A stretch of DNA of 64,000 nt, taken from positions 186,001 to 250,000 of the forward strand of contig NIVC01001134.1 in assembly GCA_002269645.1 (NCBI GenBank). The letters run 5' to 3'. The first letter of the stretch is position 1; each line of letters starts with the position of its first letter. A program made the translations under genes and the position numbers. The notes under the pieces are model-generated. The model was not told where the DNA came from and ran no database searches. It was given only the letters and a program-made list of their open reading frames with translations. Of the stretch, positions 22,908 to 36,960 are shown piece by piece. This DNA is from Macrostomum lignano (Eukaryota).

Positions 22908-25138
22908 ATGCTCGACAACGCCACTCTTGACAATCGGAGCTTGCAGTCCAACCTCAAGTACTAGCAAATCTGTTTCGTACAGCAAGGCGTACATCGCCGT
23001 TCGGGCGGTCATGATTCCAGTAGCTGCTCTGGGCCTGCTGCTCAGCTGCCTGTCAGTCCGGCTGCTCAGGCGGCGGACACTGCGACATCGGGTGAACATC
23101 GGTCTCCTCCTGCTGGAGCTGGCGCACGCCAACTACTGCCTGACCCTGTGCGCCTACGCGCCGATCGATCTGGCGATTCTGCTGCTGCGGCTGCCTGCGG
23201 ACCCCGGATCTGCGGCCGGGATCTTGTTCGATGCAAGTGCACGCTGTGATTTGTTTAGCGATAGGCGCTTTCGTGTCCCAATGCCGCAAATCTAATGGCC
23301 CTGCATGTTCCCCATGTCTCTCCCATCTTCTCCATGTCTCTCCCATCTTCTCCATGTCTCTCCCATCTTCCCCATGTCTGTCCCATCTTCCCCATGTCTC
23401 TCCCATCTTCCCCATGTCTGTCCCATCTTCCCCATGTCTCTCCCATCTTCCCCGTGTCTGTCCCATCTTCCCCATGTCTGTCCCATCTTCCCCATGTCTG
23501 TCCCATCTTCTCCATGTCTCTCCCATCTTCCCCATGTCTCTCCCATCTTCTCCATGTCTGTCCCATTTTCCCCATGTCTCTCCCATCTTCCCCATGTCTG
23601 TCCCATCTTCCCCATGTCTGTCTGTCCCATCTTCCCCATGTCTCTCCCATCTTCCCTATGTCTCTCCCATCTTCTCCATGTCTCTCCCATCTTCCCCATG
23701 TCTGTCCCATCTTCCCCATGTCTCTCCCATCTTCCCCATGTCTGTCCCATCTTCCCCATGTCTGTCCCATCTCTGTCCCATCTTCCCCATGTCTGCCCCA
23801 TCTCTGTCCCATCTTCCCCATGTCTGTCCCATCTTCTCCATGTCTTTCCCATCTTCCCCATGTCTCTCCCATCTTCCCCATCTCTGTCCCATCTTCCCCA
23901 TGTCTGCCCCATCTCTGTCCCATCTTCCCCATGTCTGTCCCATCTTCTCCATGTCTGTCCCATCTTCCCCATGTCTGTCCCATCTTCCCCATGTCTGTCC
24001 CATCTTCCCCATGTCTGTCCCATCTTCCCCATGTCTCTCCCATCTTCCCCATGTCTGTCCCATCTTCCCCATGTCTGTCCCATCTCTGTCCCATCTTTCC
24101 CATGTCTGTCCCATCTTCTCCATATCTGTCCCATCTTCCCCATGTCTCTCCCATCTTCCCCATGTCTGTCCCATCTTCCCCATGTCTATCCCATCTTCCC
24201 CATGTCTGTCCCATCTTCCCCATGTCTGTCCCATCTTCCCCATGTCTGTCCCATCTTCCCCATGTCTGTCCCATCTTCTCCATGTCTGTCCCATCTTCCC
24301 CATGTCTGTCCTATCTTCCCCATGTCTGTCCCATGTCTGTTCCATCTTCCCCATGTCTCTCTCATCTTCCCCATGTCTCCCCATGTTCCCCAAGTCTCAC
24401 ATGCACTCTCCGTCAGGTCAGCTACTGCTGGGTGTCGTCAGCGTGGCCGTGAAGAACATGTGGACGGCCTGCGTCAGCGTGTTCTGCTGCCTGGTCACCT
24501 TCCGGCCACTCAAATTCCGCCGCTGGCTGACGCGCCGCTTCCAACTGTGCAGCTTCGCCGTCCTGTTGCTGGTCACGGCCGCCGCCGGGCCCGGCACCTT
24601 CGCCGCGTGGCGTCTGGCGACCGACGGCAGCGAGCGGTTCCTGGTGGACGTGATGCTGCCGCTGACGAGGACGCCTCAGACTTACCTGCCCGTGCCGCTG
24701 ATCCTGCTGGCCTCCGGCGTCACCGCCGCCCAGCTGGCCGTTGCCAGGGGCAACCGGCCGGGAGAGACCGCGGCGGCTGCTGCCTACCGCCTGCTGCAAA
24801 CTGACGGCGGCATCGTTGCCACCCGCATCATGCTGGCGCTGGCGATCAGCTTCTCCGTGTTCGAGCTGCCCGGCGCGGTGCTCGTCGCCTTCGGCCTGCA
24901 CCGCCGCCTTCCGGACTGGCTGTCGCCGGCCAGCGACCTGCTGGCGTCCGCCGACGCCTTGGCCAGCTTTTTCGTGTTCTTCGCCTTCAGCGCCAAGCTG
25001 AGCCGCCTGCTGCTCGCCAACCGGCGTGGAGGCCGGCCGCAGCCGCTGGTCGGCTCTCAACGCCGTCGCCGTCGGGGCGCCCTGACGGACCCCGTCGAGA
25101 TGCTGCCGATGGCTGGGCGCATTCTCGCTCCTGAATGA
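22908..25138 (+). CDS. Divergent 7TM rhodopsin-like orphan GPCR (~341 aa); exons 22908-22957, 22983-23236, 24417-25138 (alternative: GC donor at 23233 with acceptor at 24421)
   Basis: Seven hydrophobic segments. N-terminal sequons NAT and NRS. Post-TM3 RPLKFRRWLTRR and TM6 SFSVFELP resemble invertebrate peptide-type GPCRs. The model needs a 25-nt intron or a 1-nt indel near the 5' end. Confidence 0.7.
23297..24390. repeat. 20-bp minisatellite (cccatcttccccatgtctgt) filling the GPCR intron
   Basis: Direct tandem units. It explains the many overlapping artefact ORFs here. Confidence 0.95.
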
Positions 25139-25294
25139 CCAAGATGGCATTGAGTTAAGAATTTTATCAGAGCTGCATGGCCTACTAATAGTAGAGAAAT
25201 TTAAACATTTTGTTTCAAAATTGTTTTCTTTTACACAGCCAGTCCAACTGGTGACCGACCGACGGACCGATTGAAGCAGATTTCAACAAAGATT

Positions 25295-25660
25295 TGTCAG
25301 AGCGTCATGACAGATGTGTCAGAGCGTCATGACAGATGTGTCAGAGCTTCATGACAGATGTGTCAGAGCTTCACGACAGATGTGTCAGAGCTTCAATGAC
25401 AGATGTGTCAGAGCTTCAATGACAGATGTGTCAGAGCTTCACGACAGATGTGTCAGAGCTTCAATGACAGATGTGTCAGAGCTTCAACAACAGATGTCAG
25501 AGCTTCATGACAGATGTGTCAGAGCTTCGTGACAGATGTGTCAGAGCTTCAATAAAAGATGTGTCAGAGCTTCATGACAGATGTGTCAGAGCTTCATGAC
25601 AGATGTGTCAGAGCTTCGTGACGGATGTGTCAGAGCTACATGACAGATGTGTCAGAGAAT
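25295..25660. repeat. 22-23-bp minisatellite (acagatgtgtcagagcttcatg)
   Basis: About 16 units. Confidence 0.95.
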
Positions 25661-26034
25661 CAATTTCTGAGGTAAATAGGTTAGAATAATATGCGAGTAT
25701 CGTATTTTCCTAATTTTCATGTCGTTAAGTACCCGAATCAAATTTTAACACAAAGGAGTCTTGCGCATGAGTAGCCACTGCCTTGCGTACGCGAAGAGCC
25801 GTGCGAATCTTATCCAAATTTAACTAAACAAAAGCTGGATGTGTTTGAATAAAATTGCCGCACTGCTGATAATAGAAAAGTTAGGTATGAAAATCGAAAT
25901 TATAAACAATTCAGGCACTAAACAAATCAAACAGAGCTCAGTGAGTAGCCACTGAGTAGGGTCTTACGGCTTGTAACTATCGAGTTGTTTAAAAAACATT
26001 ATAAAATAAAATCTTAGAGGGAATTCGGATCAGT

Positions 26035-27570
26035 TAAACCATCAGATTCCTCTAAGATACCCCATCAGATTCCTCCAAGATACCCCGTCAGATTCCTCCA
26101 AGATAACCCATCAGATTCCTCCAAGATACCCCGTCAGATTCCTCCAAGATACCCCGTCAGATTCCTCCAAGATACCCCATCAGATTCCTTCAAGATACCC
26201 CATCAGATTCCTCCAAGATACCCCGTCAGATTCCTCCAAGATACCCCATCAGATTCCTTCAAGATACCCCATCAGATTCCTCCAAGATACCCCGTCAGAT
26301 TCCTCCAGGACACCTCATCAGATTCCTCCAATATAACCCGTCAGATTCCTCTGGGACACCTCATCAGATTCCTCCGGGACACCTCATCAGATTCCTCCGG
26401 GACACCTCATCAGATTCCTCCGGGACACCTCATCAGATTCCTCCGGGACACCTCATCAGATTCCTCCGGGACACCTCATCAGATTCCTCCGGGACACCTC
26501 ATCAGATTCCTCCGGGACACCTCATCAGATTCCTCCGGGACACCTCATCAGATTCCTCCGGGACACCTCATCAGATTCCTCCGGGACACCTCATCAGATT
26601 CCTCTGGGACACCTCATCAGATTCCTCCGGGACACCTCATCAGATTCCTCCGGGACACCTCATCAGATTCCTCCGGGACACCTCATCAGATTCCTCCGGG
26701 ACACCTCATCAGATTCCTCCGGGACACCTCATCAGATTCCTCCGGGACACCTCATCAGATTCCTCTGGGACACCTCATCAGATTCCTCCGGGACACCTCA
26801 TCAGATTCCTCCGGGACACCTCATCAGATTCCTCCGGGACACCTCATCAGATTCCTCCGGGACACCTCATCAGATTCCTCCGGGACACCTCATCAGATTC
26901 CTCCGGGACACCTCATCAGATTCCTCTGGGACACCTCATCAGATTCCTCCGGGACACCTCATCAGATTCCTCCGGGACACCTCATCAGATTCCTCCGGGA
27001 CACCTCATCAGATTCCTCCGGGACACCTCATCAGATTCCTCCGGGACACCTCATCAGATTCCTCTGGGACACCTCATCAGATTCCTCCGGGACACCTCAT
27101 CAGATTCCTCCGGGACACCTCATCAGATTCCTCCGGGACACCTCATCAGATTCCTCCGGGACACCTCATCAGATTCCTCCGGGACACCTCATCAGATTCC
27201 TCCGGGACACCTCATCAGATTCCTCCGGGACACCTCATCAGATTCCTCCGGGACACCTCATCAGATTCCTCCGGGACACCTCATCAGATTCCTCCGGGAC
27301 ACCTCATCAGATTCCTCCGGGACACCTCATCAGATTCCTCCGGGACACCTCATCAGATTCCTCCGGGACACCTCATCAGATTCCTCCGGGACACCTCATC
27401 AGATTCCTCCGGGACACCTCATCAGATTCCTCCGGGACACCTCATCAGATTCCTCTGGGACACCTCATCAGATTCCTCTGGGACACCTCATCAGATTTCT
27501 CCAAGATCCCCCATGACATTCCTCCAGTTTCATCCCGTCAGATTCCTCCAAGATCGAGTACCCCATCAGA
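26035..27570. repeat. 23-bp minisatellite (cacctcatcagattcctccggga), with a gataccccatcagattcctccaa variant at its left end
   Basis: About 65 units. Confidence 0.95.
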
Positions 27571-27698
27571 TCTGAAGGATCGACCTGATAGCAGTGTTGT
27601 ATTAGACTACTTACTTACTTACTACTGACGGGGGGCGCAGGCGCCGCGAATAGGCCGCGAGGCCCCTATCGCAACCCCAAGGTAAAAGAGCACAAGGA

Positions 27699-30600
27699 TT
27701 AGCCTTGGGGGTGCGCCCAGTCCCCGCCAGTAGTCGGCAGGTCCGCAGTGGAGGCATCGGCGACCCTCATCCGGCCGGAGTCCCGGACGAAGGCGCGGAG
27801 GTCTCGGATATTGTCCGCGGTGGTCAGCTCGTCCATCCGCTGGGGGTGGCCGAGGTATTTGTGCCGCGCCTTGTTGAAGTAAGGGCAGAAGGTGACGTGA
27901 TGCTCCGCGGTCTCCTCTCCTATGCCACAGAAGGGACAGGTGGGAGGGCAACCGGTTTGCAACGATATATGTCTCTGGAAGAATCCGTGGCCGGTTAGGA
28001 CCATGCACATCTCCCTGAGGTCGGTTCTGTTAAGCGAAATCAGATAATCAGAGACTTTCCTGTTCAGGTTAGGCATGGCAGAGCGGCTCTGCCTGTACTC
28101 GGTGCAGCTGTTCCAGTGGAGCTGGTGCTGCTGATGGAGCCACCTGTTGATATGGCGGGTGACTTGCGACCTGGGGGTGGGTAGCCTCATCAGACGGTGG
28201 TTGCCGTCTGGGTTGCTGCCCTCCTTGGCGAGAGAGTCCGCGAGCTCGTTGCCCAGGATGTTGCTGTGACCAGGTGTCCAGATAATTCTAATCCTGTTAA
28301 GGACTGAGAGAGATTGCACACTGCGGTGGCATTGAGATACTGTAGCAGCGGAGATATTCTCAGTGGTTAAGGCCTTAATAGCAGCTTGGCTATCAGTGTA
28401 GAAATTAATGTCAAAATTATTAATGTTCGCCTGAAACAGTTGCTGGGCACACTGCTCAATGGCGCAAATTTCAGCTTGGAAAACTGAGGTGTTCTCACCG
28501 AGGTGCAGACTTTCCTGGAGAAGCATCTTACCCTCGTGGAAAATGGCAATACCCGCTCCAGCGCGGCCGTTGAACAGCGAGCCGTCGGTGAAGCAGTGAA
28601 TGCCCTGGCTGCGCCGGTTCACACCGACATCCAGCGGAATGTTGTCTCGGCCAGGGATGGCGGTCTTGAAGCCCCTCCTGATGTTGAGGGCGGGAGGTCG
28701 ACTATCCACATTGCCCAGGTCCATGTGGATGTTGTTAAGGTCGCGGCGGACAAAGTCCATATGCGGGATTAATGTTTTCATTGGCATAAAGCCAGAGGGC
28801 GCGTTATTTAACGTTTTATCTCTGATAAGCCGGGAGGCAGACTTCATAGCCTCCGCCCTAATAAATAGGTGAAGCGGAGGTAGGTTAAGGATAGTGTTCA
28901 GCCCCTCGTAAGGGGTGGACGGGTACGCACCTGTGATGGCACGGCAAATGCTGCCCTGAAGCTGGTACAGCCGCTGACGGGCGGCCTTCTGCTCCAGCAC
29001 GCTAGTCCAGATGAGACTCGCGTATGTGATACTGGGCCGGATGATGCCGGTATAAATCCAACGGACCGTTCTAGGCGAGAGGCCCCAAGTCGGCCCGATG
29101 GCTCTGCGCAGCTGGGCAAAGCAGCGTTTTGCCCGACCGATGACGTTATCAAGGTGCTTCGTCCAGCGCAGGTCATGCGTTAGCGTCACACCGAGGTATT
29201 TGACCTCCTTCTTGAAGGGGATGTTTCTGCCATAGACAGTGAGGTTTTTCATCTCCCATTTACGGCGCTTGGTGAAAACGACAGCGACAGTCTTAGTGAC
29301 GCTGATTTTTAGGCCATGCTGTGTAGCCCAGTCGGCCGCCTTGTCGGCGAATTGCTGCATCAGGTTGCGCAGAGTGGCGGGGTCGGGTCCGCTGACGACC
29401 GCGGCAACGTCATCGGCGTAGCCCGCCCTGGTGATACTGCTGGGAATGTCAGCGGTTAGAAGTTCGTCCATGACGAGATTCCAGAGAAGTGGAGTTAGCA
29501 CGCCACCTTGCGGGCCGCCTTTCATCACCGCCCGGGTGAGGGTAACGCCCATAAGTGTGGATGTCACAAACCTTTTGCGGATCATAAAATAAATCCAGCG
29601 AACAATGCTGTGTCTTACATTCCTGCGGGAAAGAGAATTTCTGAAGGAGCGGAAGAGGACATTGTCAAATGCTCCTTCGAAGTCAACGAACAACCCGCAA
29701 GCGAGTTGTTTGCTAAGGATGGCACTCTCAATTTTGGAGGTAATGGCGTGGAGAGCATGCTCAGTCGTCCTCCCAGGCTGGAAGGCGTACTGGTACTTAC
29801 TGACAGGGTCGGAGCGCAGGTCGCACTCTCGAAGCCTCCACAGGATGAGCCTCTCCATCAGCTTAACACAAAAGGAAGTGAGGCTGATGGGCCGGAAGGA
29901 TTTCACGTTGGTGTAGTCACCCTTAGCAGGTTTCGGGATGAACACGACTCTGGACATTCTCCAGATTGTGGGAATGTAACCTGTGGTATAACAGTCAACA
30001 AGCAATTTAGAGAAAGAATCAGCAAAGTTTTGCAGCTTTAGCGCCTCCTGCAGGATACAGGGGGCGATATTGTCAGGGCCAGACGATTTATACGGTTTAA
30101 AAGAATTTGCTGCCAGCTGGAGTAGCTGGGGGGTGGCGCACTGCTGGAAAAGCTTGTGATCACAAGCCTGTGGTCATCGACCACGTACTCCGGTTCGTCA
30201 ACCTGCGGAAAGCAGGTGGAGAAAAGAAGATTTAGCGAACCTTCGGCACTGGTAGTGTAGTTACCATCCAGGTGCAGAAGGGAGTTACACTGAGCTAGCG
30301 TGTCGTGCCTGAGAGTCCTGACCAGCCGGGCTGTGGGGTGTTGCCCTTCCAGGCCGGCGCAGTAGGCTTTCCAGGTGGTCTTCTTAGCCCTTCGGATAGC
30401 ACTTTTGTACATCCTCAGAGCAGAGTGGTAGTTCTCCCAATCCTCTGGGGTATTCGAGCCGTTTGCGAGGCGTTGCAGTCGGCGGGTGTTTTTCTTCATG
30501 CGAGTGAGCTCTTGACTCCACCAAGGAGAGTATTTCTTCCTGCAAAACAGCTTAGGGGCGTTAGCGCGTATGGCGGTGTTTAGGATCTCAACGAGGGAGT

Positions 30601-31515
30601 TGCACCGATGCTCAATGCCAGGGAGATCCTCGCTGGAGTCCGGTAAGTTGGCTTCGGTCAGGAGTTTTAGCAGGTCTCTTCGAAAACCTGTCCAGTCGGC
30701 CTTTTTCAAATTAAGGCGGTCCCGGTTCTCATGACGGGCTCCGACGGAGCTGATGCTGTACTGAATGTACGAGTGGTCGGAAAGCGATGGGAGGTCATCC
30801 CTAACCAGCCAGCTGTGGACCTGATTGAGGGCGTTGTTGGAGACGAGAGTGAGGTCGATAACCTCACGCCGATTAGAGACAATAAATGTGGGTTTGCTGC
30901 CTCTGTTGCAAATGTGTAACGAGGAGGAGTTAATGAAATCAATTAGTAAGTCACCGCGCCTGTTAGTATCGCTACTAGACCAGGCAGTGTTGTGGGCGTT
31001 AGCATCGCAGCTAACGATAAGCTTCCGATCCTGGAGATTACAGAAGTCCGCCAGCTCCTGCAGGAGGGGGGGAGGGACGTCCTCCTGAATGTCCAGGTAA
31101 GCGGAAACGAAGGTCAAGTCAAAGACTGAGAAAGTACACATGTCTTTAGAGCAAAACATTGGCATAATAGTGGCCGGGAGGTCGTTTTTGACGAGGGCGA
31201 TAGCTCTGGGGGTGTCGTTCGCGCAGAGGTACAGAACCTGATAGCCTGGCGGCAGGCAGGTCGGCTTCCCCTTGCGGGTATACGGTTCCTGAATAAGGTA
31301 GATGTCAACTTCCTTGTTGGCAAAGGTGCCTGAAAGGTTGCTAGATGCTGCAAGGGCGTGGTGCAGGTTGATCTGAATAATGTGCAGGTTAACAGGTTGG
31401 TTCGCCGGCGGCGGATTATTTATTTGGTTGCTGGTGGCAGTGTCATCATTGGGCTGGCCGTTAAGGTTCGCCCTCAGCGCCCCGCTCCTAGTTTGGCACG
31501 GGGTTGGGAACGGCA

Positions 31516-31516
<1 letters not shown>
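27699..31516 (-). pseudogene. LINE ORF2 (APE endonuclease, RT, RNase H, C-terminal zinc knuckle) split by one frameshift near 30160-30190
   Basis: APE motifs QINLHH, IQEPY, CDANAH, IDLTL, SDHSYI. RT motifs [25 protein letters not shown]. RNase H motifs FTDGS, QAEI, TDSQAA, GHS..GNELAD. Knuckle [14 protein letters not shown]. Confidence 0.9.
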
Positions 31517-32529
<1,013 letters not shown>

Positions 32530-33619
32530 CTACCCTCTGCCACGGTAAACAGCAGAGAAGCTTTGGGTTGCCGTCTTATCCCAGGATTGCTCCCAGGCGA
32601 GGCTCCGGCAGGCCCCCGGTCCACACTCTGCAAGATCAGGGGGCGGGAGGCCGGCTGCGGGCTTGGGACACAGGCGCCAGGTCGAGTTGACAGCCGACGC
32701 CCGAGCCCTCCCCCACAAGAGCGGCCCTCGAGAACCCGTGTGGTACCAGTTGCAACTAAGGGCTGTCGATGGGTAGTTGGCGCTTAGCCAGCAGCCAACT
32801 ACTTAGCAGCCACCTGCCCCGCAAAAAAGCAGCAGGGGGGATCCGTCCCCCACCAGCAGACCAAGACGAGGAAGCTAGCCGCTTCCACGCCAGGCCAGAA
32901 CGAAAAGGAGGGGGAGGAGCCTCCTCGAAAAACGAAAAGCTGGCGGATGTCACAGAGTCCCTCGGTTTAAGTTGCCGTTTGCCCCCCTGTATTAGACTAT
33001 AGTTTGAAAGTTAATAATTTTTTCTTATCCCATTATATTTTGTGTGAGCAGTAATAGATTTCTGAGAAGCTGCCTCTAAGGTCAGGGCCGGTGCATGCGA
33101 ACTCAAAAGTACAAAAAAAGCTGCTTGAGTATCATGAGAAGAGACGCCAGGCTTGCTGGGCAACTTGCTTGGCTATTGGCTCGGATCGATAATTGAGTGG
33201 CCTGCTCCATGCCGTGAGTAACGAGTTGGTAACGAGACGGGCAAGGGATACAAGCCAGTGTGGGCGGGGCGGATCCTCACTCTGCACATATTGATGCCGC
33301 AGCTGCGGACAGCTCAAAAGTTTTCTGTCTTTAAAAAAGGAAGCAATGAGTATTCAAGCAATGAGCTCAGAATGAATTGGAAGATGAGTCATTCAGTTTG
33401 GTCAGTCCAGTCTGCAGAGTTCACTTGAGGTCGCGAAGCCGCAGTGAGACAGGATGCCAGAAAATAAACTCATATATGCGAGAGCGTGGGCATTAAAGAG
33501 TAGAAAAAATGAAGTTGAAAAGATTAATCAAGTAAATGGGGGTAGAGAGGGCAGGAAAAGTCTCTTTCTACTTTAATGTGTTTTTTGTCATTCTGATTGT
33601 ACTGTCTGGCTCTCCCTCA

Positions 33620-34040
33620 AACTCGACTCTCCTTACTCTCAAACTCTCTCAACCCATTCTCACCCTCTCCCTCACCCTCTCCCTCTCCCTCTCCCTCACC
33701 CTCTCCCTCTCCCTCTCCCTCTCCCTCTCCCTCTCCCTCTCCCTCACCCTCTCCATTACTCTCTCCCTCACCCTCTTTCTCACCCTCACCCTCACCCTCT
33801 CCCTCACCCTCTCCCTCACCCTCTCCCTCACCCTCTCCCTCCCTCACCCTCACCCTCTCCCTCACCCCCTCCCTCACCCTCTCCCTCCCTCACCCTCTCC
33901 CTCACCCTCACCCTCTCCCTCACCCTCTCCTCCACCCTCTCCCTCACCCTCTCCATTACTCTCTCCCTCACCCTCTTTCTCACCCTCTCCCTCACCCTCT
34001 CCCTCACCTTCTCCCCCATTCTCTTCCTCATTCTCTCCCC

Positions 34041-34071
<31 letters not shown>

Positions 34072-34140
34072 TCTCTCACCCTCTCCCTCACCCTCTCCCT
34101 AATCTTCTCCATCACCCTCTCCCTTCCCATCTCTATCTCT
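33620..34140. repeat. CT-rich hexamer microsatellite (ctctcc/ctcacc)n
   Basis: Low-complexity tract. Confidence 0.95.
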
Positions 34141-34944
34141 CATTTTTCTGTATATTTTTCTCCAAAATTTACTTATTCATACGTAACTATTTCATTCGCA
34201 GCAGACTCAGTTAGAATCCCCCATTGTTCGCCAAAAGCCTTTGTCCCCGTTTAGTTCCTGATTCCTCTCACCTGGCTCCGGCATACATTTTTTTACATTT
34301 TTTTCCAAGTCTCTTTTTAGAGAAGTTTTTCCTTCCCATCTTTTCAACAGAGCAGCTGTTGGCAGCGTCTTGGCTCTGCTTGCAGAAGAGAATAAAATAC
34401 GCAGGAAGAAAAGCGAAACTCCAAATCCTAAACTGCGGATGCAGAGCAGCGGAAGCGGCCGTGAGTAAAGATTTGAACTCACGCAGATCAGCTGAGGAGG
34501 AGACGGAGAGAATCTTCTCTCTCTAGACAGAACACCTTCCACTGCCATTTCTCTTCTCACCCTCCCTCTGCCCGCGGTTTCTCATTGGCTCCCAGGCCTT
34601 TCCCTGCAGCCCCCACGCATCTCCCCTCTGATCTCTCTCTCCCCTGACACTGCATGCTGGGTTGGCTTTTATTTTATCTACAGAGAGAACACAGGAGGGG
34701 AAAGCAGAGTCGCTACAAAGTCGCTTCGAAGCGATCCAGTTTGCCGAAAATCGATGGAGGATTGTTCAAGAACTGAGCAGCAGCCAAGTCCTGCACAGCG
34801 GCCTGTGAAACACAATCTTCGACTCCATCTTGACAGCTACAGGTAATTGCATGCATGAGCAAATCAAATTCTTTACGGCCGAGTTGTTTTTCCTGCTAAA
34901 AAGAGGGTAGCCAAAAACTAGTTGAGCTTAGATCTGTGAGGGGA

Positions 34945-36960
34945 TAGATTAGCAATCCATTCTACTCTTTCATCTACAGCTATTGGCAAGATTAGCAATC
35001 CATTCTACTCTTTTATCTACAGCTATTGGCCAGATTAGCAATCCATTCTACTCTTTTATCTACAGCTATTGGCCAGATTAGCAATCCATTCTACTCTTTT
35101 ATCTACAGCTATTGGCTAGATTAGCAATCCATTCTACTCTTTTATCTACAGCTATTGGCTAGATTAGCAATCCATTCTACTCTTTTATCTACAGCTATTG
35201 GCTAGATTAGCAATCAATTCTACTCTTTCATCTACAGCTATTGGCCAGATTAGCAATCCATTCTACTCTTTTATCTACAGCTATTGGCAAGATTAGCAAT
35301 CCATTCTACTCTTTTATCTACAGCTATTGGCTAGATTAGCAATCCATTCTACTCTTTTATCTACAGCTATTGGCTAGATTAGCAATCCATTCTACTCTTT
35401 TATCTACAGCTATTGGCTAGATTAGCAATCCATTCTACTCTTTCATCTACAGCTATTGGCCAGATTAGCAATCCATTCTACTCTTTTATCTACAGCTATT
35501 GGCTAGATTAGCAATCCATTCTACTCTTTTATCTACAGCAGCAGTTGGCTAGATTAGCAATCCATTCTACTCTTTTATCTACAGCTATTGGCTAGATTAG
35601 CAATCCATTCTACTCTTTTATCTACAGCAGCTATTGGCTAGATTAGCAATCCATTCTACTCTTTTATCTACAGCTATTGGCTAGATTAGCAATCCATTCT
35701 ACTCTTTTATCTACAGCAGCAGTTGGCTAGATTAGCAATCCATTCTACTCTTTTATCTACAGCTATTGGCAAGATTAGCAATCCATTCTACTCTTTTATC
35801 TACAGCTTTTGACAAGATTAGCAATCCATTCTACTCTTTTATCTACAGCTATTGGGAAGATTAGCAATCCATTCTACTCTTTCATCTACAGCTATTGGCA
35901 AGATTAGCAATCCATTCTACTCTTTTATCTACAGCTATTGGCTAGATTAGCAATCCATTCTACTCTTTTATCTACAGCTATTGGCTAGATTAGCAATCCA
36001 TTCTACTCTTTTATCTACAGCTATTGGCTAGATTAGCAATCCATTCTACTCTTTTATCTACAGCTATTGGCTAGATTAGCAATCCATTCTACTCTTTTAT
36101 CTACAGCTATTGGCCAGATTAGCAATCCATTCTACTCTTTCATCTACAGCTATTGGCTAGATTAGCAATCCATTCTACTCTTTTATCTACAGCAGCAGTT
36201 GGCTAGATTAGCAATCCATTCTGCTCTTTTATCTACAGCTATTGGCAAGATTAGCAATCCATTCTACTCTTTTATCTACAGCTATTGGCTAGATTAGCAA
36301 TCCATTCTACTCTTTTATCTACAGCAGCAGTTGGCTAGATTAGCAATCCATTCTACTCTTTTATCTACAGCTATTGGCAAGATTAGCAATCCATTCTACT
36401 CTTTTATCTACAGCTTTTGACAAGATTAGCAATCCATTCTACTCTTTTATCTACAGCTATTGGGAAGATTAGCAATCCATTCTACTCTTTTATCTACAGC
36501 TATTGGCAAGATTAGCAATCCATTCTACTCTTTTATCTACAGCTATTGGCTAGATTAGCAATCCATTCTACTCTTTTATCTACAGCTATTGGCTAGATTA
36601 GCAATCCATTCTACTCTTTTATCTACAGCTATTGGCCAGATTAGCAATCCATTCTACTCTTTCATCTACAGCTATTGGCTAGATTAGCAATCCATTCTAC
36701 TCTTTTATCTACAGCAGCAGTTGGCTAGATTAGCAATCCATTCTGCTCTTTTATCTACAGCTATTGGCAAGATTAGCAATCCATTCTACTCTTTTATCTA
36801 CAGCTATTGGCTAGATTAGCAATCCATTCTACTCTTTTATCTACAGCAGCAGTTGGCTAGATTAGCAATCCATTCTACTCTTTCATCTACAGCAGCAGTT
36901 GGATAGATTAGCAATCCATTCTACTCTTTTATCTACAGCTATTGGCTAGATTAGCAATCC
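34945..36960. repeat. 43-bp satellite (46-bp variants) with higher-order structure
   Basis: Unit atctacagctattggctagattagcaatccattctactctttt; about 46 units. Confidence 0.95.

Noticed and set aside
26035-27570. Regularly spaced repeats resembling a CRISPR array (also 34945-36960)
   Set aside because: The units are head-to-tail with no unique spacers, there are no cas genes, and the context is eukaryotic.
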